Shown here one piece after another: positions 13,183-26,824 of a stretch of DNA of 64,000 nucleotides. Numbering within the stretch: position 1 is the stretch's first letter; every line of letters starts with the position of its first letter. The position numbers and the translations under genes were made by a program. The stretch covers positions 173,042,001-173,106,000 of the forward strand of contig OZ024740.1 in NCBI GenBank assembly GCA_964016885.1, in the 5' to 3' direction. The notes beneath the pieces are model-generated. The model was not told the DNA's origin. It searched no databases and saw only the letters and a program-made list of their open reading frames with translations. Source of the DNA: Eledone cirrhosa. Lineage: Eukaryota.

Positions 13183-13252
<70 letters not shown>

Positions 13253-13330
13253 ATATATATTCATATATATATGTGTATATATATATTTATATATATATAT
13301 ATACACATAAACTTAAAAAAGTCTATATAT

Positions 13331-13404
<74 letters not shown>

Positions 13405-13667
13405 AAAAATTGAACGGGAACAAAACAGAGAGGCAGTACGAACAACGGTTTATTAGTTTCACGCTCTTGAGAGTGGGGTGGTGATATACACACACATATA
13501 TGGATACACACACACGCATATACATACATACATATATATATTTATATATATATATATATATATACATATATATACATATATATATATATATGTGTATATA
13601 TACATATATACTTACATATATGTATACATATATATATACATATATATATATATGTGTATATATATAT

Positions 13668-13730
<63 letters not shown>

Positions 13731-14187
13731 CACACATATAATCGTTCCCTTAATTCGCTTTTTTTTCTACTGTTTCCACTTCTCCCAGCTCCCTTTCTAG
13801 ATCTTCCATCCTCACCGTCATTCTCCTTTATTCTATAAAACTTTGCCGTCTTTTCTGCTCTTCTTTCCTATAGTTTGTTTTTTTCTTTTTGTTCATGTCT
13901 TCCTGCTCTCCTGCTATCGTTATGACACCACTTCTCTTTGTTCTATCTAGTTCACATTGTTCTTCCTTATTTTAATTATCTATATTTCATTTCGTTGCTC
14001 TACGAATAACTTCATCTACTCGCCATTATTAGTTAACATGTCTCTTGATATATTATTAGTTAATATATGTTTTGAGAGTTCTACATTTGAAAGTCTGGCT
14101 TCCTATCGTTGAAAGTTTATATTTTATACACTAAATTCATTCCTTGGTCAAGAAAATTCGCAAATCTTTGCGTGTATGACTAAATGC

Positions 14188-14310
14188 TGAAGAAGAAGAA
14201 GAAGAAGAAGAAGAAGAAGAAGAAGAAGAAGAAGAAGAAGAAGAAGAAGAAGAAGAAGAAGAAGAAGAAGAAGAAGAAGAAGAAGAAGAAGAAGAAGAAG
14301 AAGAAGAAGA
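14188..14310. repeat. (GAA)n microsatellite
   Basis: Pure triplet run; others at 18572-18647 and 20074-20170. Confidence 0.95.
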
Positions 14311-14957
14311 CTGATTAGATTATAGATTATTAATCTGTTGAAACCCTTACAGTGGTCATTTTCAAACCTGAAGATACACCAGGCTTCATAGTCTATCACA
14401 ATAGCTACTACTTATTCTTCATTGACCATTCTTAAATATGGAATGATACGCGATGCCCCAGGTTGCGGCTGCAGAAAGTGCCGGTGCAAGTGGCATACCA
14501 GACGAGGGGTTAGCCGCCGCGGAACGGGAAGATGGTCATGCCATCTGGCCTTTAGCCGTCCCCTCGGTCCAGCCCCACCGGCTCGAGCTGGGAAGGGAAG
14601 CCTTCAGCGTCCAAGCCATGCTTTATGCAGCATGGCGTGGAAGGCGGCCGGCACTGTGCCCACAGGAAAGCGGGTGGTGGCCGATTGTAGGTAAATAAAG
14701 CAACGTTATGCTGATTACACCTATTAAAGCAAACGTACCTGTCCATGACTGATCTTTCTCTTGGCAGATTTAAACTCATTTAAAGTCATCATAATTAAAA
14801 TTATCTCCCCTTCTAACCTAGAATCATTAAGAATTACCGCTAGGTTTTTTTATTCTCTCTTCCTCTCTGTAAATTTCAATTTATTACGGCATTCATTACA
14901 TAATGCCAACTTTATATACATACATTACATGCAAGTAAACAAACACACATACACACA

Positions 14958-14994
<37 letters not shown>

Positions 14995-15029
14995 TTGAAA
15001 ATTGCAAACTTGACTGTCACCACAGAATA

Positions 15030-15068
15030 TGAACCTGAAGATTGCGAAAGCATGAAAGTACTTGTTCA
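15030..15068 (+). ncRNA. Minimal 39-nt type I hammerhead ribozyme in an about 190-bp element between (TA)n tracts
   Basis: TGAAC-CTGAAGA-T-TGC gaaa GCA-T-GAAA-GTAC-TT-GTTCA; GNRA-capped stem II, palindromic stem III AGTACT. Confidence 0.82.
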
Positions 15069-15180
15069 ATTAACACTTAACATTTAATATTCTACCATAC
15101 TATTTCATTCTAATACCATTATAATTTTAAAAGATTGTAAATAAAACGAGTAAATCAGACAAAGTTGGAATTCCTTTTAT

Positions 15181-15289
<109 letters not shown>

Positions 15290-15292
15290 TTA

Positions 15293-15327
<35 letters not shown>

Positions 15328-15640
15328 ATATATGTATATATGTATATATACATACATACAGAAAGTGATTGACTTAAGAAACAGTGAACACAAGCATTGG
15401 TTTTGGTCCCCAGGCGTACTTTACCTGATTTTATCAACTATTATACATGTACTACCCTCATTTAAGGTCTTCATTCTCCTTAAACCATGAACATTTCGTG
15501 TGTGTGTGTAGGTATGTGTGTATGTATATATTGGTGTCTGTGTGTGTATGTATGTGTGTATGTGTATGCGTGTGCGTGCGTGTGCGCGCGTGTGTGTGTG
15601 TGTTTATATGTGTGTGTGTGTGTGTTTATATGTGTGTGTT

Positions 15641-15692
<52 letters not shown>

Positions 15693-15909
15693 TGTGTGTG
15701 TGTGTGAAGACCTAGTTGTTAGTGTATTGTTCTTTTAGTCGCTTAACGCCAATGTGACCCAGATAAACTCCGAACTTGGGGCAGACTTTAACATATAACC
15801 TTTCAAATATATATATACATGGTTTAATTATATACAAACATACATTCATAAATGCATACAGACATACATAAATTTGTACGTACATGAACACATACATACA
15901 TATATAGAC

Positions 15910-15944
<35 letters not shown>

Positions 15945-16113
15945 CATATAGAGACGTGTATATATATATATGTATGTATGAATGTATATATATATATACA
16001 TACATATATATATACATTCATACATACATATATATATATATACGTCTCTATATGTATGTATGTGTACATGTACGTACAAATTTATGTATGTTTGTATTTG
16101 TATGCATGCATAC

Positions 16114-16206
<93 letters not shown>

Positions 16207-16709
16207 CGTGTGTGCGTGTGTGCGTGCGTGCGTGTGTGTGTGCGTACATTTGTCGAAATCCTCATATAAAGTGATTGTGGTCGTAAGCTCCTCAATCTTT
16301 TATCGAATGGGGATCAAGAGAGTGGCGCCACCTATCCACCGACTGCGGCGTACAGATAAAAGTGCTAGAGAGAGAGATCAAAGCCCTGAGGAGTCAAGGC
16401 GAAGTTATAGCTGATTTCTCAACAAGACGACGACGCAGGAACGGGTTGCGATAAATTAAAAGCTAAACCAAATTACAATAATAAAAGGTGTGAAGATTTA
16501 CTCCATATTTTCTTACTTTAGTGTTGCATTATGAGGTTGTGACTTTTGTAGATATTGCCATTGCTTTCTATTTTCATGTCTTATTCCTTTTTTGGTGGGT
16601 GGGAGTATTGTTTAGTTTACTCAATAAAAGCAAAACAAAATGGCTTTCACTTTTGTCTTGACATAAAAGCGCTCTGTTTTACAAAAGGCGGAGTATTAAT
16701 AGAGAAATA

Positions 16710-16908
16710 AGGGTGTTGGACTGGCAGTATCGGTAGAGCGTCGGGCAACATGCTTTACGTTCTGAGTTCAAATCCCACCGTGGTTAGCTATGCCTTTCAT
16801 CCTTATGGGGTCGATAAAATAAAGTACTAGTAACACACTGGGGTCGATTTAATCGACTTTCCCCTTCCCTTCAAATTACTGGCCTTGTGCCGAATATAGA
16901 AACAATTA
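16710..16908 (+). mobile_element. Major SINE (long form)
   Basis: Consensus match with hairpin module. Confidence 0.85.
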
Positions 16909-18217
16909 TAATAGAGAAAGACATGGCATTTGTTACCATTCTAATATTAATGTTTACATTATATTACATTTTTAATATCTTTATTCTTTATCTTTAAATA
17001 TTTATTTGACAGTCTGGTAATTTGACGACCGCAAGACGTTACAGCAGTTACCGGGCTGTTGCTGGATTGGAGACAACTGGTGCAATAGATGGGAATAGTA
17101 ATCGTTGCATTTGTTAAAAATGTCAGTGAAATGTATGGGATAATATGAACAAATAGTGTCTTCAAATTAGTTTACAGAGACCTCCATTGATCTCAGCAGT
17201 ATGAAAGGGATATAAAAAGTTGCAATATATGCAGTTCCTATGGTGAGAACGGCTGCAGTTGTGTGTTGCAAGTGAGTAAGAAAGGGTCTTGTCGGGAACG
17301 TTCCATGATATGTCTCTAACTGCGAAGCCCCTATATTAAATTGGACAGAAAGCTGTAATTTTCCATTTATAATAATTTTTCACTAAAGCGACTCCTCAAT
17401 AATAACTTAGGTTCTGTCGGTTAAGTTTCTCATGGTTTGAAAGTGACTATATTTCCTATGAACATATACGGTCACCCCATTAGACTTTTATAGATGTAGT
17501 GTTTGTCTGTCTTGAGATCTATGGTAATTTAAAGAATATGACTATTGTTATACCGATTGAAATCTCTATTCCTGTAGAAATCCGCTTCATGATAAATAAT
17601 TCAACTAGATCCGTTAATCCAGTCCCAGTGTAGCTCCCTATAAAGTCGTCAAACCGCGTGTCATCTTCCTGCTTTTACTGAGTAGGAGTTATCGTGATAT
17701 AAGATCGACTTTCTAGCGTTTATAACTACGTATTCTAATATCTAAGTCACTACTCCTGATGATTTGCATCACGACATCTGGGGCTTTCTGCAGAAAGGCA
17801 TAGATAACTACAATATCACACCGACGAGATATGTAGGCTGCTTCATTCTCGGAACTAATTAATAACGGAGACGCTGAAGTTTAGGACTAATCCAGTCACT
17901 CACCTGATATCAGAATTGATGATATCAAGAATATATTTATATATTATACTTAATTGGTGGTAGCACTAACATGGCGTTATTCATAATAGGGCTGTGTATG
18001 AAAACATATACGATTCCTGTTTATGCATAATAAACACATGAGAGTAGGGTTGAATATAAAAACATATGCGATATGTTTATGTATTGTGTTTATTATTAAC
18101 ATATTGTATTTATTTTCCTATACACCTATATTATACTAAACTTATTCCACATTTAGAAGGCTTAATCCTCTTACATTTTGGTTTGGAAAGGAAATTAGAT
18201 TTGTTGTACTTAATAGC

Positions 18218-18311
<94 letters not shown>

Positions 18312-19624
18312 GATAGAGCATCTAACATTTGTTTAACGCCCCTATACGTTCAAAATTCCAATCTCAAACAGAAATGACTTATACTTCTCAAGGTATAATT
18401 TGAGGGAGATGTGGTTGCTATTTCTAGCAAGTTGTACGACTGCGTAAAGGCTCCTTCGTTGGCTGAATATCTTTCATATTTTAGTCTGTGTGGCTGCTAT
18501 AGCTGTCGCTGTTGTTATTTTTGTTGTTATTGTTGTTGGTGGTGGTGGTACTGGTGGTAGTGGTGGAAGTGTTCTTCTTCTTCTTCTTCTTCTTCTTCTT
18601 CTTCTTCTTCTTCTTCTTCTTCTTCTTCTTCTTCTTCTTCTTCTTCTACAATATTTCTGTATTATTCCAGGAAGCAGGTGTTGCATTTCAATTATTCTTT
18701 TTTCTGAAATATAGTCCACCATCCTCTATGGAACGCTGTATTATGGTGTATTTATTGTCTGTATTGTTTTTCGTTTCCTTTAGCTTTGATCATTTCCATT
18801 TAAATAGTTTAATAAACGATCTTTGAATAATTAAATAATCAATTAATTCACGGTTAAACAATTAAATTCATTCGTTATTGATCATAAAATATTAAGGTTT
18901 TCTTTTCATATCTTTATTACAAAGATTTCCAAGAGGACAGTCCGGTATATTACACGTAGCTTCGCAAATTGGCAGAGTCGGTAGAGCATCGATTAAAATG
19001 TTTCACAGTTTTCGTTCTGACGGTCTCTGATCTGAGTTCAAAGTGTACTGAGGATAAGTTTATCTCTTTCTTCCCCCTCCTTCTCTCTCTCTCTCTCTCT
19101 CTGTGGAATAAATCGGCTGTTTTCAGAGTTGGAGAGGGATGAACTCCGCCATGTTTAAGATGTCCTATAGATGCTATATATCATGAGAGCAGAACTACCC
19201 CATATATCATCCCTATACCTGCTAGAAATAGAGGCCAAATCTTTTTCAAAGCACTCCATATTTTCTTTAAAATGAACATAATGATAATGTCGTCTGGGGT
19301 ACATTATTCTTGAAAAAGATATGACCTGTGGCTAAGTAACATCAAGAAACACAACGGCGGGCAGTCCTGAAAAGTAGCTAGTTGCAGCCCAATCTATTAA
19401 TCCTGGTTCTTATTATGGTGTCATAATATAGAGCCGTATTCAATGTGTCGTTATACATACCCCAAAACAAAGATTATAGGTCAAATATTGATCTTACTTA
19501 TGTATACATGTATATGTGTATGTAAATGTATACACGTGTCTGAGGCGGTATGTGTGTCCGTGTCGATACATATCTCTTTATGTTTCACTTTCCCTTTCTC
19601 TCCCTATATATCCGTATGTGGTTG

Positions 19625-19790
19625 ACGGCTGAGAGAAAAGAATACTTAATACCGAAGTAGAGTTCTGATATTCATTTTATCACGGCTAGATAGTCTTGTT
19701 ACTCTGGAGACCTTGTCTGATGACCCTGCGATAAACAGGCGAAACTCCAGGGTAACAAGACTCACAATTTAGCTTTAATAAAATGAATAT
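19625..19790. mobile_element. Family B fold-back PLE-like mini-element
   Basis: Tail at left; inverted arms 19669-19709 and 19745-19790; adjoins (TA)n; homolog at 30941-31120. Confidence 0.75.
19712..19759 (+). ncRNA. Type I hammerhead ribozyme, family B
   Basis: CTTGT-CTGATGA-C-CCTG cgataaa CAGG-C-GAAA-C tccagg G-TA-ACAAG. Confidence 0.8.
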
Positions 19791-19835
19791 ATATATATAT
19801 ATATATATGAACATACATACATATACACATATACG

Positions 19836-19982
<147 letters not shown>

Positions 19983-20599
19983 TTAAATTGTTGAGGTAAA
20001 AGCAACGGCTGATTTAACACGCTCGCTGAGGTTTTAGAAATACCTTTCGATTTACCCGTCCGCATTTCACCATGAAGAAGAAGAAGAAGAAGAAGCAGAA
20101 GAAGAAGAAGAAGAAGAAGAAGAAGAAGAAGAAGAAGAAGAAGAAGAAGAAGAAGAAGAAGAAGAAGAAGACCAATTTAATTTAGTTTCTCTGCACCTGA
20201 GCTTTGTCTTCGTCTTGAGAACACACATACACTTACAGACTGCTGACATACACATACATACACTATGAGGGGAATAGGGAAGGAAAGAGATCGAGGAGAT
20301 GGAGAGTGGGAATACTTTCACAACAGTCACACACATACATGTATACAAAGTTATATAAATCCAATACACGCATTCATGTAAGCTGCACTGGCAGAAGATA
20401 TATATAAAAAGACATTAAATACACGCATATATCTGTGAGATAAACACAACCACACATACATAAACACACACATATACACGCACATTGGCTCAAGTACATA
20501 GACATTCATTCATAGACACATAAACAAACAGAATTATATGCTTCGGAGATGTATATATATACAAACGATGCACATACAAGCATGAACACACACACACGC

Positions 20600-20670
<71 letters not shown>

Positions 20671-20934
20671 CATATATATCAATGATACATACAAACATAT
20701 TCTTATTCATACATGCATACATGCACGCATACATACATGCATACGCACACCTAACTACGCACACATTCACACAAACACTCATATACACGATTAACCAAAA
20801 AGACACTTAATCAAACATATATACCCACACATATACATACACACACCCATGCACACACACTGTCACAGACACTAACACACCAAGGAACATACAGCAACAC
20901 AAATGCATATTCCTTCACACGTACTCTGGTGTGC

Positions 20935-20977
<43 letters not shown>

Positions 20978-20981
<4 letters not shown>

Positions 20982-21577
20982 AACGAGTATGACCCCGACG
21001 GCTGAGCTCAAGCCGTTTCGACGGCTAATTCTGGACTAAATGAACATTTTTATCCTGGTACATGAATAGCCGAGCTTTTCAGGGGGTAATTCCATATATT
21101 CCATTCTTATTATTCTTCTATATATTTACTCCATATTGATTTACTTATTGTTTCGACTTCCTCCCCCTCCGCCTCCCTAGTATACTTCTCTTGACCTCTT
21201 ATCCTTATAATTCTGCTGTAGTTGGAACTATCAACGCACGACTGGGTTTCCTCCACTCCCTCTCCCTCTTTCTTCTACTGGCAAGTTCAACTACCCCTTC
21301 CTTCCACAAAATGCCATGATAGAATTATGTGTCTCAACAACAAACTTTTAACCAATCCTTGTAACAATCACTTTTACCATATATGGAATTACCCCCGAGA
21401 AGCTCAGCTATTCATGTACCAGGATAAAAATGTTCATTTAGTCCAGAATTAGCCGTCGAAACGGCTTGAGCTCAGCCGTTGGGGTCCTACTCGTTCCTAT
21501 TACCCATTCTACTACCCTAAGTATTGAGTACTTTGGTGCGTTATGGTCCATCTGATTCCTTACCACATTTCCTTCGT
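20978..21577. mobile_element. Family C PLE-like element with inverted terminal copy and two degenerate hammerheads (20992-21087 minus; 21391-21485 plus)
   Basis: IR 20978-21097 / 21381-21500; 3' half GAAA-CGGCT tgagctc AGCCG-T(C/T)-GGGGT pairs with upstream ACCCC; cores degenerate (CTGAAAA, CCGAGAA); tail with TATTGAGTAC; (TA)n on both sides. Confidence 0.72.
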
Positions 21578-21693
<116 letters not shown>

Positions 21694-22787
21694 TATATAC
21701 ACACACAAATGCATAAAAATCCATACACTAGGACAAAGATATACATACGCACACATACACTTCCCCTCATACAAACATACATACATGTGCGGGTGAGCGT
21801 AAGTGTGTGTGTGTGGGTGGAAGGAGTACGATCGAATGGTTGACACGTTCGCTTTACAATCATTGGGTCTTGAGTTGGATCCCATTGTATAACATCTTGA
21901 GAATGTGTCGTTTACCATAGCCTCGAGTCGACCCCTGTCTTGTAAGTTAAATTGCATATATGTATGTATATATGTATGGTGAGGAGGGTGATTATTGGAC
22001 ACTCTGCAGGACGAAAAACAAAACCTATCAAAGGGCAGAGGAACTCAGGAGAGTCAACGGCCATCCAATAAAGTTTTTTTTGTGTGTGTGGAGCGAGAGA
22101 ATCCTAGTCTTCATTAAGAAGGTGACCCTGATATAAAACCTGCGACTTCATTTACATCCAATGATATAGACCAGTTTTGGGAGTAAATGCATGTTCAGAG
22201 AGTGGGATTGGTTCTGTGCAAAACCTTTCCTCACTTATAAAAGCTTCAAGCATAGGCATCGCTTGATATTGGACATTTTTTGGAGATGCAAAACGTTGCT
22301 GGCCATAAGCAACTCCCTAGCAGGACTAAAAATCCAGGTTTGTGATGCTCATGCTTAATTATCAAGAGAGGGCATTACTTGAAATTGTGTTGCAGCCATC
22401 ATGTATGGATGGATGTATGGATGTATGTATGTGTATACATACACAATGAGATCGAACCGATGATTGCAAAGCGACGATTGCAAAGCGATGATTGCAAAGC
22501 GATGATTGCAAAGCGAACGTTTTAACCATTCGGTCATACTGTCTCCACTTACACATACACTCTCACGTGTTCGCGTACACACATACACACACACACACAC
22601 ACAGAGGTACATACGCGCATACATACACGCACATACTCAGGAATTAGGTCACGGTGTATCAAGGACACACTTTGAGAGATCTGCACATAAACACACTCAC
22701 GCTAACACACTATGTGTTGGTTTTATGTCATCCTATTGACTACTGAAATTGGGAATGCTGCTAGTGGATAACATTATTATTACAGTA

Positions 22788-22955
22788 AAGGGCGTCAGAC
22801 ACCATGCTTTTCAGCATAGTTATGGCCCTTTACGTTCTGAGTTCAAATCCCGCTGAGGTTATCTTTGCCTTTCATCCTTACGGGATCGATAAAATAAAGT
22901 ACCAGTAATGCGCTGGGTAATTGCTGGCCTTGTGCCAAAAGTAGAAACAATTATT
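22788..22955 (+). mobile_element. Major SINE (5'-truncated)
   Basis: B box, central motif, tail. Confidence 0.88.
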
Positions 22956-23810
22956 ATTACAGTAAATTGGTACCCTCGAAAACTATGCTTTGTGGAATTT
23001 GTTAAGAATCTTTATATTCTGAGTTCAAATTTTACCTGGAAGAAACTTTGAACTTTTACCAATCGGGAGTCGATAAAATAAAGTACTAGTAAATTGCTAG
23101 GATGTAAACACCCAAGCCGAGGAAAACAAGTAATACGTTATGGACCTAGCAGTTTTACTATGTGTATTGATAAAAGAACTTGTAGAATAATGATAATTAC
23201 ATATAAATTTGTCAATGTTTCGTAAATAATACTGCAATATTCTATGATAAAGGTTGAATCATCGTTTTTAATTAGATATTTATAATTATCATTAAACTCT
23301 TCAGTTATCCAGTCAAAATATTATTAGTAAACGGAGCTTTCATTTTTACGACACATGTGTCGATGTGAATATATAATGTCGTGAAACATCATCTTCGGCA
23401 GGCGGCAGGCACTGTCACATTTACGAATTGTCAGTCATAGTTCATTATTAAATACAAAGTGAGGAGGTTTTGATGAGAAATTTATCAATAGTTTTTTTTC
23501 TGATAAATCCAAATGCACCATTCTCTATAATTAATAATTATATCGTCATCCGCGCCAGATCTCCGGCTTCAGAATAACCTCCTCTTCCCCATCCACCACC
23601 ACCACCATCACCATCAACTTCGGTTCTCGGTCATGGGTATTGCCCTTCTTCTTCACCTAGGAAAAATGAAAGGGATTTCAATATTTAGTTGCGTACTTGG
23701 CATAAAAAAAGTATAGAAAAAGACAAGAAAAACAGTATCTGGTTGCGTTGTTTTCCGTTTTGAGTCTAACCGAGCTCATCATTATCTTTAATCCTTCTTA
23801 GATCAATAAC

Positions 23811-24102
23811 ATTACCCACTCTACTACCCTAAGTATGGAGTACTCTGGTACGTTATTGTCCACCTGGTTCCTTACCCCACTTCCTTCATTATATATATAT
23901 ATATATATATAGGAACCAGTAAGACCCCGACGGCTGAGCTCAAGCCGTTTCGACGGCTAATTCTGAATTCAGAATTAGCCGTCGAAACGGCTTGAGCTCA
24001 GCCGTCGGGGTCTTACTGGTTCCTATTACCCACTCTACTACCCTAAGTATTGAGTACTTTGGTGCGTTATGGTCCACCTGGTTCCTTACCACATTTCCTT
24101 CG

Positions 24103-24105
<3 letters not shown>
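23811..24105. mobile_element. Family C tail + (TA)n + perfect 118-bp palindrome + tail
   Basis: Palindrome at 23909-24026 centred on GAATTC; direct-repeat tails at 23811-23890 and 24025-24105. Confidence 0.85.
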
Positions 24106-24159
<54 letters not shown>

Positions 24160-24410
24160 ACCGACTTTCTCACCTTATCTATATAAAAAAAATGTTAATT
24201 TCCAGATTGCTCCCACTAATTTATCTTTTTATCTATTTGCAGTTTAATCGCATTCGTCCCCAGAGCCACGGAACGGTGTTAACTCAAGAAGATTGGAAAA
24301 TAATGATATCTGGATATTTTTACTTACCTATATATACCGCTGCATAAAACTGAACGTAAAGATCTCACATGTCAATGACTAATTAACTGAAATACATTTT
24401 ATCAACCCAC

Positions 24411-24446
<36 letters not shown>

Positions 24447-25020
24447 CTAAATTGAAAAGAGCATTTAAAAGGGGCTAGATTCTGTATAATCGAGAAAAAG
24501 AACAGGAATATTGGGAAATTTAGTTCGCTGTATAACATAATCTATCTTCTCCCTCTCTCACTATAGACACACATTCTACAACAATCGATCAACCGATCAG
24601 ATTAAGATAAGGTAGCTCCCCGTATTTAAATCTATGATGAACAGTCAGAAATATAAGATGCACTGCTGACGAAACTACATCTTAAAACTAATATCGACAA
24701 CAACAACATAAACATTAACTCTAGTAATATCATCGGTAATAATAAAGATACAAAGGTGATATAACAAGAATCAAAAAAAAACATTGCAAGAAAAAATATC
24801 TATTAAAACGCCATCTATATAGTACCATCGATTTCATCATCATCATCATCATTATCGTCATCGTCATCATCAACAACAACAACATCTTTACCATCATCAA
24901 CAACATCATTATCATCATCATCCTACTGCCATCAGCACTATCTGCACCATCGCTTGTTGTCGATTATAGAATAACAACTTTTAAGAATAGTTATAAGAAC
25001 AAAAATAACAGCAAACTTTT

Positions 25021-25040
25021 ATTATCTTCCACCCTCATAG
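25021..25040 (+). promoter_or_regulatory. Candidate splice acceptor for a 5' UTR intron of the NHLH gene
   Basis: Pyrimidine-rich ...tcttccaccctcatAG ends 76 nt upstream of the ATG. No transcript evidence. Confidence 0.35.
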
Positions 25041-25116
25041 AGACAAAGGAAAAGCAAAAATCGAAAACGAACATTAAGTTGTGTGAAAGGGTTGACTACA
25101 CAAAGATTAGCTAAAT

Positions 25117-25590
25117 ATGCTCAGCGGATCAGTTGCAATCATGGCTAAGCTACCTTTCCCGACAATTGAGAAGAGTAAAAGCTACGACGGGAGAAGGCAG
25201 CACCAACACTATCATCATCCGCACGGTATCACTGTAGATGACAAACAGGATATTATGGATCTGCACCAGTTACGCGATAATTGTGGTTCATGCATGAAAA
25301 CTACAGGGCCAAGCAAAGCTCCAAGCCGGACTGGTAGTCGTAATGCTAACCAAGAAAACATGATCTTGACGCGAGAGGAACGCCGCCGTAAGAGACGAGC
25401 TACACAAAAATACCGAACGGCTCATGCCACACGGGAACGAATACGAGTGGAAGCTTTCAATGTGGCTTTCGCCGAGCTTCGCAAGTTACTACCCACTCTG
25501 CCGCCAGATAAAAAGCTTTCTAAAATTGAAATACTCCGACTAGCCATTTGTTATATATCGTATTTGAATCATGTCTTAGAACTGAGCTGA
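25117..25590 (+). CDS. NHLH: NHLH/HEN/NSCL-family neuronal bHLH transcription factor (ortholog group of NHLH1/NHLH2, Drosophila HLH4C); single coding exon, 157 aa
   Basis: C-terminal [65 protein letters not shown] is almost identical to the NHLH bHLH domain. Intact ATG-to-TGA ORF. Confidence 0.96.
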   Translation: MLSGSVAIMAKLPFPTIEKSKSYDGRRQHQHYHHPHGITVDDKQDIMDLHQLRDNCGSCMKTTGPSKAPSRTGSRNANQENMILTREERRRKRRATQKYRTAHATRERIRVEAFNVAFAELRKLLPTLPPDKKLSKIEILRLAICYISYLNHVLELS

Positions 25591-25938
25591 AGATCAACGG
25601 CTCAACGCAACAGTTTGATTGTTGTAAAGGTTCGGGTTTATGACACCTCTGACTTCTGACAGAGCATAAAGGAATAATTTCCTTTATTTTAAAAAAAAAA
25701 GAGGAATGTTGTTTAAAAGACCGCATGCGAGATCGCATAGGCTTCTTTCCAGATGTTTTCTGTCGATTTATTTTTTATGGAACTATCCAAATAGTGTATT
25801 TTCTTTATTTTTTAAATAGTTTTTATTTTATTTTATTTATTTTCTCACCTTAATATTTATAAAACTGAAATTAGTGATTTTACCTTCTTAACAGCCAATC
25901 ACAGTATTAACAGTGACATTTATCTCACAAATTAATAC

Positions 25939-25996
<58 letters not shown>

Positions 25997-26036
25997 AAGA
26001 AATTAAAAGATGGTAAAAAGAGTTCCATATATTGTA

Positions 26037-26095
26037 TTATGTGCATTTCGAATACAAAATCATCCTGGGACAAAAATTGTGTTCTCATCAGATAA
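26037..26095 (-). ncRNA. Degenerate hammerhead in the PLE 3' region
   Basis: TTAT-CTGATGA-GAACACAA...TTGTATTC-GAAA-TGCA-C-ATAA; U16.1 appears deleted. Confidence 0.6.
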
Positions 26096-26255
26096 AATAA
26101 GGTAACATGATATGTGGCATAATAGCACTTGTTTACAGGAAAGTGCTAAGCCTACATATGACAGAAATATAAGTGTTAAAACTATAGTAAGAAATAGATA
26201 GGAAAATAGAAGAAAGGAAAGAAGAGGAGAGAAAGGAAAAAAGAAGAAAAAAGGA

Positions 26256-26292
<37 letters not shown>

Positions 26293-26824
26293 CTTTTGAT
26301 CAGGAACGCTGTCAAACTGAAAACAGCTGTAAATAACGGTTGAAAAGTAAATATGTGCGATTATAGGCGGTATTCAAATGTTAGAGGCCTAAATATAGAA
26401 ACTGGGTATATTATTTTATATTGGGTTTAGATACTGAAAATTGGATTAAGAAGTGTAAAAATGTATTAATAAATTAAAATAAAATAAAATAAATAAAAAT
26501 AAAAAATAAAATAAATATAAAAAAAGGATTTTATCAAATAAAATAGAAATAAAAATAGTCTTTCTATGTCAAAATTAATAATTTCTAGTAAAAATCTATA
26601 TATGTAGGGTATACTATTTAATTTTTAAGTAAATAAAGGAAAAGGCTAGAAAGATTTATAAACGTAGAAAAACATTTGACGTCATAATTTGTTTACAAAA
26701 CCTACGAAGGTTTGAGCGAAAATCTAAGGCTATAGAAAAAAAAGATCAAAGTCTTAAGTATGATGAGAAAACAAAATTAATACATTGTAGAATATAATGA
26801 AAGATGTGTAAATATGACCGTGAC

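Larger units (their letters stand above)
12937..13183. mobile_element. Family A fold-back PLE-like mini-element between (TA)n tracts
   Basis: Near-perfect 180-bp hairpin at 12937-13116 plus a one-sided tail at 13117-13183 containing TATTGAGTAC. Confidence 0.85.

Noticed and set aside
17752-17810. CTGATGA...GAAA possible hammerhead
   Set aside because: No convincing stem III or closing stem I.
17000-17950. Coding-like unique block
   Set aside because: Multiple stops and no motif I can identify; probably an old TE relic.
22449-22515. 14-bp GATGATTGCAAAGC tandem
   Set aside because: Local slippage inside a decayed SINE head; no wider significance evident.
25587-25630. CTGAAGA overlapping the NHLH stop codon
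   Set aside because: No downstream GAAA or NUH; chance match.
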